NCBI GenBank assembly: GCA_964057225.1
Contig: CAXKVF010000078.1
Coordinates: forward strand, 1 to 64,000
Origin: Auanema rhodensis
Lineage: Eukaryota > Animalia > Nematoda
Direction of reading: 5' to 3'
DNA: 64,000 nucleotides
The notes under the pieces were generated by a model. It did not search any database. It was not told the origin of the DNA and saw only the letters and a program-made list of their open reading frames with translations. The translations under genes and the position numbers were made by a program. Shown piece by piece: positions 47,561 to 55,500 of the stretch. Numbering within the stretch: the first letter of the stretch is position 1; every line of letters starts with the position of its first letter.

Positions 47561-47583
47561 GTTACATACCAAGTGCACATCAC
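47561..47583 (+). repeat. Direct duplication of upstream target sequence at the LINE 5' junction
   Basis: GTTACATACCAAGTGCACATCAC at 47561-47583 repeats 47536-47558 with a 25-bp offset. This was not seen in any other monomer. Confidence 0.95.
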
Positions 47584-47585
47584 CT

Positions 47586-47963
47586 TTCCGCGCCGTGACC
47601 TCATTCCGCGCCGTGACCTCATTCCGCGCCGTGACCTCATTCCGCGCCGTGACCTCATTCCGCGCCGTGACCTCATTCCGCGCCGTGACCTCATTCCGCG
47701 CCGTGACCTCATTCCGCGCCGTGACCTCATTCCGCGCCGTGACCTCATTCCGCGCCGTGACCTCATTCCGCGCCGTGACCTCATTCCGCGCCGTGACCTC
47801 ATTCCGCGCCGTGACCTCATTCCGCGCCGTGACCTCATTCCGCGCCGTGACCTCATTCCGCGCCGTGACCTCATTCCGCGCCGTGACCTCATTCCGCGCC
47901 GTGACCTCATTCCGCGCCGTGACCTCATTCCGCGCCGTGACCTCATTCCGCGCCGTGACCTCA
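47586..47963 (+). repeat. Minisatellite: 21 perfect copies of TTCCGCGCCGTGACCTCA (18 bp) at the 5' end of the LINE
   Basis: The first unit is 47586-47603 and the last is 47946-47963. Each unit is 12/18 GC with 3 CpG. It is unrelated to the 176-bp satellite. Confidence 0.98.
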
Positions 47964-47990
47964 TTTCGTCGGACTGGTTCTTAAAGGTAC

Positions 47991-48188
47991 GCTTTCTTAG
48001 TTCTTTCATTTTTTTTTCTTGTTCTTTTTCTTTTATCTCTTCTATTTTATTACTCTCTCTCTTTTCCAATTCTCTCTGTCCTTTCTGTCTTTTACTTTGT
48101 TATTTATTGTCTTTCACTTCTTTATACCACTGTCTTTACATTCTTTTTTCTTATTTTTCTGTTTCTTAATCTTATCTTTTTTCTCAAT
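47991..48188 (+). other. Pyrimidine-rich (T/C) 5' leader upstream of ORF1
   Basis: About 190 nt of mostly T/C with very few G. There is no AG dinucleotide and no ATG from 48001 to the ORF1 start. Confidence 0.8.
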
Positions 48189-49229
48189 ATGACAGCTGTT
48201 ACAAAAGATTTCTTTACTGATGCTCTCGAGTCTCTTTCCAAATCTTTCCGAGAATCTTTCTCTCAACTTTCATCTGACATCAAAAACGAACTCAACAGTA
48301 TTAAAATCAATGTAGCAGCTAATGAAGCTCGTATCAAAACTATCGAAACAAACCTCAAATCACGTATCGATACTTTAGAGCAACAACTCCTAAATGTTCC
48401 AACTTTCAATGCCTCTTCTCCTTCTCAAACCACTTCTACCAGTATTATGTGTCATGTTCAAAAAGTTCGATCTGAGGAATCAAGGTATTCTTATCGCTTG
48501 AAAAGAGCGGTTTGGTTTAGGGTTCCTCACGATTCATCTGAGTTTCCCTCGGACCCTACCGCCCTTCTCAAACTTATAGCTGGAAAGTCTAATGATGACA
48601 CCTTGATTTCTTTGATTAACAGCAACCAAATAACCATTACTCGCTCAACTCTCAAATCTAATTCTCCAGGCCCTCTCATTATTTCATGTTCAACAGTTGA
48701 TTTACGTGACAAAATCATTGAAACCATTAGGACAAACAAAGCTAAATGTTTTGAAAGCTTGTCTAAAACGTTTATTCGTCGCGATTATCTTCCCTTCGAG
48801 GTAGATCTTGAAAAAAAACTGCGCGAAGAAGCAAAAGCGAAAAATTTGGATAATAGTGAATCACTTTTCATTGTACGCGATCTCAAACTTATAAAGATTC
48901 CACGTAAACCAACTGCCCGTTCAACCACTTCTACTCCACACGTTTCTCTAAATACTTCTACTGTTTCTAAGTCCAATTCAAATGTCCAATGTCCGTCCAA
49001 TATTGATACTGGTGTTATATCTAGCCCCCCTTTTAAATCTAGTAGGAATAGTCGCTCAACTGGCAGGTCAAAAATTCTTTCTCTGGAGAAAAAATCTTCT
49101 ATTAGCCCAAGAAGAAGAAAGAATCCACCACGCTCTGTTAAGCCTACTGCCGAACTTCCTACTAGATCAAGAAGCGGATCCGATACAACATCTTTATCTC
49201 GGTCCTGTAACAACATGTCCTTTCGTTAA
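48189..49229 (+). CDS. LINE ORF1 protein (putative RNA-binding chaperone, 346 aa)
   Basis: It lies directly upstream of ORF2. The N-terminus has a heptad, coiled-coil-like segment (LSSDIKNELNSIK...IDTLEQQL). A central block FIRRDYLPFEVDLEKKLREEA...FIVRDLKL resembles CR1-type ORF1 proteins by recollection. The tail is basic, Ser/Arg-rich and low-complexity, with an NLS-like PRRRK. No CCHC or PHD motif is seen. Confidence 0.85.
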   Translation: MTAVTKDFFTDALESLSKSFRESFSQLSSDIKNELNSIKINVAANEARIKTIETNLKSRIDTLEQQLLNVPTFNASSPSQTTSTSIMCHVQKVRSEESRYSYRLKRAVWFRVPHDSSEFPSDPTALLKLIAGKSNDDTLISLINSNQITITRSTLKSNSPGPLIISCSTVDLRDKIIETIRTNKAKCFESLSKTFIRRDYLPFEVDLEKKLREEAKAKNLDNSESLFIVRDLKLIKIPRKPTARSTTSTPHVSLNTSTVSKSNSNVQCPSNIDTGVISSPPFKSSRNSRSTGRSKILSLEKKSSISPRRRKNPPRSVKPTAELPTRSRSGSDTTSLSRSCNNMSFR

Positions 49230-52065
49230 AACCGCTTCTTCACCATGCTTGCTTTCTTCTCATGTCCCTGTTAAACTATCAGTCCACTGTTACAATGCAC
49301 GTTCTATTCTCAATAAACTTCATTTCCTCACAATCATTCATTCTATCTCATCCCCTGATATCATCGCCATATCGGAATCTTGGCTGTTTTCTGATTTTTC
49401 TTCTGATCATCTTCCTCTAAATGATCATTACAACATATTCAGAGCAGACAAGCATTCTTCACGCGGCGGTGGTACTCTTTTGTTCTTAAAAAAACAAATT
49501 AACTCAATTTTACTCTCCTCCTCACCCCTCTCTTCATCGGTTCAATATGTTACCATCCTTCTAACCTCTAACAACTCGGTTTTCTCCGTTTGTTATCGTT
49601 CCCCTACTGCTTCTCACTCTGATTTTTGTTCTTATCTTTCTGATCTCAATGGTCATATTTCTAACCGCTCTTTCTTTATTACGGGTGACCTGAACTTTCC
49701 TAATATCAATTGGGATCTTCTTCAGTCCTCACTCTCATCTCCTTCTAGTAAATCAATTATTCAATTTCTCCAAAGTAGTCACTCTGATCAACTTGTCAAT
49801 TTTCCTACACGTGGTAACAACATCTTAGACTACCTTATCACAAACAATCCTTCAATCATATCTAATATATCACGCTCCCCTCCATTGGGTAACTCCGATC
49901 ACTTCTCGGTTACATTCTCCATCATCATCAACACCCCTGTATCCCCTCTGGATACCCTTCCTTTCTCTTCCAATACATTCTTCAATACCTCCTCACTTTC
50001 CAACTTTTCTCAACTCAATTTCTATCGAGCCGACTTCAATGCCATCAATCGCCATCTTGTCAGCATCGACTTTTCTTTGGTATTATCTGGTCTTTCCCCT
50101 CTTGACTCTTACTCCAAATTCACCAACATCCTACAATCCATAATCTCTGTATTCGTTCCTCACAAACAACCTAGGCGTAGAAAAAAAGTTGACCGCAATA
50201 TTGCGGATCTCTACTGTTACATCAAAAGGCTCAGTTCATCTATTTGCCACCGTGACGAGCTTCTCCGCAAAAAACTAACTATAAAACTAGATAGACTTAT
50301 TAAACAAAAGTCTATTTTGGAAGAAGAACACATTGCTTCAACCAATAACCCCAAACTTTTTTATCGCTTCTGTAGAACTCGTCTCGGTGGTTGCTCTTCA
50401 GATATCCCCACGATTAGACTTGGTGAAGAAATATACTCGACAGACACAGAAAAAGCTTCCATTTTTGCAAGCTCTTTTTCTGTCAAACCAAGTATTTCAT
50501 CGGATTTAATCAACAGCTCCTCTCGCCCTTCCTCTATCATTGATTTTATAGACATTTCTCCCGAAAAAGTCTATAAAGTTCTTTCTCATCTTCCTCTCAG
50601 AGTTTCTACTTCTTCTGATGGCATTCCCTACTACTTTCTTAATCAGTGCGCCTCTACTCTTTGCTACCCACTTGCCTTCATTTTTCACAATTTACTCGTT
50701 TCTTCTTCATGCCCTCCGGACTGGAAGAAAGCTTGGATCCGTCCTGTTTTCAAATCCGGAAATCGCTCTAATCCTTCAAACTATCGCCCTATATCATTAA
50801 CACCAAGTCTTTCCAAAGTTTTTGAGCGACTCATTTCACCCCCGCTCCTCCACTTTGGCATTTCTACTGGATCTATATCTGCTCACCAGCACGCTTTTCT
50901 TCCTAAACGTAATACCATATCAGCAATCATTAACAATCATATTGCCTGGAGATCATGTTTGGATAAAAACATTCCAGTCTATACTGCTTTTATAGACTTC
51001 TCTAAAGCTTTTGATCTAATTGATCACTCGGTTCTTTTCCACAAATTTAAAACCATTGGTATCTGCGGTTCTCTTCAAACTTTTCTCAAAAACTTCATCA
51101 CTGGCAGATCTTACTCAGTTCTTGTCAATGGTTCTCTTTCTACTTCTGTAAACTTATCTTGTGGTGTCCCACAAGGCACTGTTCTCGGTCCTCTTCTATT
51201 CCTTTTCTACATTAATGACATTACGTCTTCTCTCCCTGAAGACGTTCATCCTACACTTTTTGCCGATGATCTCAAACTATACAGTACTAATCCGGTAAGT
51301 CTACAGATTGCCTTAAACACAATCAACGCCTGGTGCAAAAATAATGGAATGATGGTCAACACCACCAAATCCAAAATTATGATTGTGTGCAATAATAGCT
51401 CAACCCTCAACCCCACCGAGCCATTTACCTTTGGTGAGTTTCCTTTAGACTTTGTACCTCATTATAAAGACCTTGGAGTCTTAACTGATAACAATCTAAC
51501 ATTTGATTGTCACATAAACGCCATCTCTTGCGCCGCAGCTCTGAAATGTCGCATCCTTCTACGTTGCTTCTACTCTAGATCACCTTCATTTATGTTCAAC
51601 CTTTTTTGCAGCTACGTTCGACCAATCCTTGAATATGCATCCGTGATATGGTCTCCCCAAGTATCTAAAAAAATATCTCGTATTGAGATGGTTCAAAAAA
51701 AATTCTTGCGAGCAGTCTTCTCAAGAGCAGGAATTTTTTCCGACTACAAAAGTCAGCTCACTTTTTTGAATGCTCAAGAACTATCAACCAGGAGACAGGT
51801 AACTGATCTAGGTTTCTATTTCTCTCAAATTAAAGACGTATCAACGGACAGTATTTTAAGAATTTTTCAAATTAAACATTTCACCCACTCTCTTCGCAGA
51901 CACCAATGGAATATCGACTATCCCGAGCTTCGGAAAAAGGCGACAAGAAATGGTATTGAGTACAGAAGCATCAAAACATGGAACGATCTACCTGAAAACC
52001 TTATCAACCTTACTAATGTTCATAATTTTAAAAAACACCTACTCTCTGCTCCAATTGATTTGTAA
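48982..52065 (+). CDS. LINE ORF2: apurinic-type endonuclease plus reverse transcriptase (1027 aa; true start uncertain)
   Basis: Endonuclease motifs are YNARS (49291), SESW, RGGG, YRSP, GDLN (49684), LDY and SDH (49894). RT motifs are NYRPISLT, QHAF, FIDFSKAFD, GVPQGTVLGPLLFLFYIND and FADD (51259-51270). The downstream YVRPILEYASVIWSP motif is typical of CR1/L2-group ORF2. No stops or frameshifts. No evident RNase H or C-terminal CCHC knuckle. Confidence 0.97.
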   Translation: MSNVRPILILVLYLAPLLNLVGIVAQLAGQKFFLWRKNLLLAQEEERIHHALLSLLPNFLLDQEADPIQHLYLGPVTTCPFVKTASSPCLLSSHVPVKLSVHCYNARSILNKLHFLTIIHSISSPDIIAISESWLFSDFSSDHLPLNDHYNIFRADKHSSRGGGTLLFLKKQINSILLSSSPLSSSVQYVTILLTSNNSVFSVCYRSPTASHSDFCSYLSDLNGHISNRSFFITGDLNFPNINWDLLQSSLSSPSSKSIIQFLQSSHSDQLVNFPTRGNNILDYLITNNPSIISNISRSPPLGNSDHFSVTFSIIINTPVSPLDTLPFSSNTFFNTSSLSNFSQLNFYRADFNAINRHLVSIDFSLVLSGLSPLDSYSKFTNILQSIISVFVPHKQPRRRKKVDRNIADLYCYIKRLSSSICHRDELLRKKLTIKLDRLIKQKSILEEEHIASTNNPKLFYRFCRTRLGGCSSDIPTIRLGEEIYSTDTEKASIFASSFSVKPSISSDLINSSSRPSSIIDFIDISPEKVYKVLSHLPLRVSTSSDGIPYYFLNQCASTLCYPLAFIFHNLLVSSSCPPDWKKAWIRPVFKSGNRSNPSNYRPISLTPSLSKVFERLISPPLLHFGISTGSISAHQHAFLPKRNTISAIINNHIAWRSCLDKNIPVYTAFIDFSKAFDLIDHSVLFHKFKTIGICGSLQTFLKNFITGRSYSVLVNGSLSTSVNLSCGVPQGTVLGPLLFLFYINDITSSLPEDVHPTLFADDLKLYSTNPVSLQIALNTINAWCKNNGMMVNTTKSKIMIVCNNSSTLNPTEPFTFGEFPLDFVPHYKDLGVLTDNNLTFDCHINAISCAAALKCRILLRCFYSRSPSFMFNLFCSYVRPILEYASVIWSPQVSKKISRIEMVQKKFLRAVFSRAGIFSDYKSQLTFLNAQELSTRRQVTDLGFYFSQIKDVSTDSILRIFQIKHFTHSLRRHQWNIDYPELRKKATRNGIEYRSIKTWNDLPENLINLTNVHNFKKHLLSAPIDL

Positions 52066-52553
52066 ACCATCCATTGTAATTAATGTTCTCACCTCTCGAA
52101 AAACTATTTTTTTTTCTTTTATCAGGCTCCTTTTTATTTGTAGTTCGTATTTTTTTACACTTCTCTATGACCACATGGCAACAGTCTACCATCTATTTTT
52201 CTTTGTCCCTTCTCAATAATTGTTACTTCGTCACTATTCCTATAGACATTAGTCATACGGATCGGACGCTAGTTACCTCCAAATTGCTAGAACGGGCTTG
52301 CCTCACATCACGAGTACCACCGTACCTAACAACCACATTAGTGAGGTCAGCCATTGTGCTGAACAAACCCCAAGCATACAGCAAGAATTTTATTTGGCAG
52401 ACTGTTCACTATTGATCATAGATAAGCGAGCTCTTATCGAACTTACAATATTAAAAGTCCTTTTTTATGTTCTTATTGAATGGTTCTTGATTTTTTCACT
52501 CCATGACTTAACAGCTACTGTCTTAACCTGTGATATTGAACAATAAACATTAA
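52066..52553 (+). other. LINE 3' UTR (about 490 bp) with terminal AATAAA and no poly(A) tail
   Basis: It runs from the ORF2 stop to the satellite junction. T-rich flanks surround a compositionally balanced core at about 52225-52440. AATAAA is at 52542-52547. Confidence 0.85.
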
Positions 52554-55500
52554 ACGTGTACATTTAATTAGCATAAATTAAAGTTCACGTAAATTTCAAA
52601 GTCATGGTTACCATGAACCAATATCAATAAAAATTTGTTTTTAGACTAATATGGACATGGGGAATCTAATTTTGAAAACCGCATCTCTTTATCTTTCACG
52701 TGAAGCGAGTTACATACCAAGTGCACATCACGTGTTCATTTAATTAGCATAAATTAAAGTTCACGTAAATTTCAAAGTCATGGTTACCATGAAGCAATAT
52801 CAATAAAAATTTGTTTTTAGACTAATATGGACATGGGGAATCTAATTTTGAAAACCGCATTTCTTTATCTTTCACGTGAAGCGAGTTACATACCAAGTGC
52901 ACATCACGTGTACATTTAATTAGCATAAATTAAAGTTCACGTAAATTTCAAAGTCATGGTTACCATGCACCAATATCAATAAAAATTTGTTTTTAGACTA
53001 ATATGGACATGGGGAATCTAATTTTGAAAACCGCATCTCTTTATCTTTCACGTGAAGCGAGTTACATACCAAGTGCACATCACGTGTACATTTAATTAGC
53101 ATAAATTAAAGTTCACGTAAATTTCAAAGTCATGGTTACCATGAAGCAATATCAATAAAAATGTGTTTTTAGACTAATATGGACATGGGGAATCTAATTT
53201 TGAAAACCGCATCTCTTTATCTCTCACGTGAAGCGAGTTACATACCAAGTGCACATCACGTGTACATTTAATTAGCATAAATTAAAGTTCACGTAAATTT
53301 CAAAGTCATGGTTACCATGAACCAATATCAATAAAAATTTGTTTTTAGACTAATATGGACATGGGGAATCTAATTTTGAAAACCGCATCTCTTTATCTTT
53401 CACGTGAAGCGAGTTACATACCAAGTGCACATCACGTGTACATTTAATTAGCATAAATTAAAGTTCACGTAAATTTCAAAGTCATGGTTACCATGAACCA
53501 ATATCAATAAAAATTTGTTTTTAGACTAATATGGACATGGGGAATCTAATTTTGAAAACCGCATCTCTTTATCTTTCACGTGAAGCGAGTTACATACCAA
53601 GTGCACATCACGTGTACATTTAATTAGCATAAATTAAAGTTCACGTAAATTTCAAAGCCATGGTTACCATGAACCAATATCAATAAAAATTTGTTTTTAG
53701 ACTAATATGGACATGGGGAATCTAATTTTGAAAACCGCATCTCTTTATCTTTCACGTGAAGCGAGTTACATACCAAGTGCACATCACGTGTACATTTAAT
53801 TAGCATAAATTAAAGTTCACGTAAATTTCAAAGTCATGGTTACCATGAACCAATATCAATAAAAATTTGTTTTTAGACTAATATGGACATGGGGAATCTA
53901 ATTTTGAAAACCGCATCTCTTTATCTTTCACGTGAAGCGAGTTACATACCAAGTGCACATCACGTGTACATTTAATTAGCATAAATTAAAGTTCACGTAA
54001 ATTTCAAAGTCATGGTTACCATGAACCAATATCAATAAAAATTTGTTTTTAGACTAATATGGACATGGGGAATCTAATTTTGAAAACCGCATCTCTTTAT
54101 CTTTCACGTGAAGCGAGTTACATACCAAGTGCACATCACGTGTACATTTAATTAGCATAAATTAAAGTTCACGTAAATTTCAAAGTCATGGTTACCATGA
54201 AGCAATATCAATAAAAATTTGTTTTTAGACTAATATGGACATGGGGAATCTAATTTTGAAAACCGCATCTCTTTATCTTTCACGTGAAGCGAGTTACATA
54301 CCAAGTGCACATCACGTGTACATTTAATTAGCATAAATTAAAGTTCACGTAAATTTCAAAGTCATGGTTACCATGAACCAATATCAATAAAAATTTGTTT
54401 TTAGACTAATATGGACATGGGGAATCTAATTTTGAAAACCGCATTTCTTTATCTTTCACGTGAAGCGAGTTACATACCAAGTGCACATCACGTGTACATT
54501 TAATTAGCATAAATTAAAGTTCACGTAAATTTCAAAGTCATGGTTACCATGAACCAATATCAATAAAAATTTGTTTTTAGACTAATATGGACATGGGGAA
54601 TCTAATTTTGAAAACCGCATCTCTTTATCTTTCACGTGAAGCGAGTTACATACCAAGTGCACATCACGTGTACATTTAATTAGCATAAATTAAAGTTCAC
54701 GTAAATTTCAAAGTCATGGTTACCATGAACCAATATCAATAAAAATTTGTTTTTAGACTAATATGGACATGGGGAATCTAATTTTGAAAACCGCATCTCT
54801 TTATCTTTCACGTGAAGCGAGTTACATACCAAGTGCACATCACGTGTACATTTAATTAGCATAAATTAAAGTTCACGTAAATTTCAAAGTCATGGTTACC
54901 ATGAACCAATATCAATAAAAATTTGTTTTTAGACTAATATGGACATGGGGAATCTAATTTTGAAAACCGCATCTCTTTATCTTTCACGTGAAGCGAGTTA
55001 CATACCAAGTGCACATCACGTGTACATTTAATTAGCATAAATTAAAGTTCACGTAAATTTCAAAGTCATGGTTACCATGAACCAATATCAATAAAAATTT
55101 GTTTTTAGACTAATATGGACATGGGGAATCTAATTTTGAAAACCGCATCTCTTTATCTTTCACGTGAAGCGAGTTACATACCAAGTGCACATCACGTGTA
55201 CATTTAATTAGCATAAATTAAAGTTCACGTAAATTTCAAAGTCATGGTTACCATGAACCAATATCAATAAAAATTTGTTTTTAGACTAATATGGACATGG
55301 GGAATCTAATTTTGAAAACCGCATCTCTTTATCTTTCACGTGAAGCGAGTTACATACCAAGTGCACATCACGTGTACATTTAATTAGCATAAATTAAAGT
55401 TCACGTAAATTTCAAAGTCATGGTTACCATGAACCAATATCAATAAAAATTTGTTTTTAGACTAATATGGACATGGGGAATCTAATTTTGAAAACCGCAT

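Larger units (their letters stand above)
1..47562. repeat. 176-bp tandem satellite array, left arm (271 monomers plus the start of the interrupted monomer); centromeric-type or heterochromatic satellite
   Basis: ATACCAAGTGCACATCACGTGTAC recurs at 1, 177, 353 and onward, giving a period of 176. Monomers differ by only a few substitutions. The monomer start at 47541 fits 271 x 176 minus four 39-bp deletions. The array runs off the left edge of the window. Confidence 0.99.
47584..52553 (+). mobile_element. Full-length, apparently intact non-LTR retrotransposon (LINE), APE-type, CR1/L2-like
   Basis: Layout is 5' tandem repeats, leader, ORF1, ORF2 (APE endonuclease plus RT) and a 3' UTR ending AATAAACATTAA. 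There are no LTRs or TIRs. It is flanked by the two halves of one satellite monomer. The clade call rests on recognised motifs, not a phylogeny. Confidence 0.95.

Noticed and set aside
47586-47963. CRISPR array or telomeric repeat
   Set aside because: There are no spacers and no cas genes, and the context is eukaryotic. The unit is interstitial, attached to the LINE and unlike telomere repeats I recognise.
47961-48000. Hammerhead or HDV-like ribozyme near the 5' end (GACGAAA on the minus strand)
   Set aside because: There is no CUGANGA core or matching stems, and no nested HDV pseudoknot could be built by eye. An Infernal search would settle it.
47473-48169. Repetitive ORFs (MRSRRG)n, (FRAVTS)n and (PRRDLI)n, superficially protamine- or RS-like
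   Set aside because: An 18-bp unit is a multiple of 3, so several frames stay open automatically. The ORFs run into satellite or the T-rich leader and show no synonymous variation.
48527-50800. Short antisense or alternate-frame ORFs inside ORF1 and ORF2 (48527-48739, 48785-49216, 50361-50555, 50506-50688, 50618-50800)
   Set aside because: They are shadows of the Ser/Leu-rich, strand-biased coding sequence and have no motifs.
48982-52065. Bacterial group II intron, retron or DGR reverse transcriptase
   Set aside because: The N-terminal APE endonuclease, upstream ORF1 and CR1-type C-terminal motif identify a eukaryotic non-LTR element.
52245-52310. tRNA- or SINE-like segment in the 3' UTR
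   Set aside because: Only a loose A-box-like string is present, with no B-box (GTTCRA) or cloverleaf.
51950-52546. Possible ORF3 in the 3' UTR (89, 110 and 82 aa)
   Set aside because: These are short, mutually overlapping Phe/Leu-rich frames from T-rich DNA with no domain evidence.
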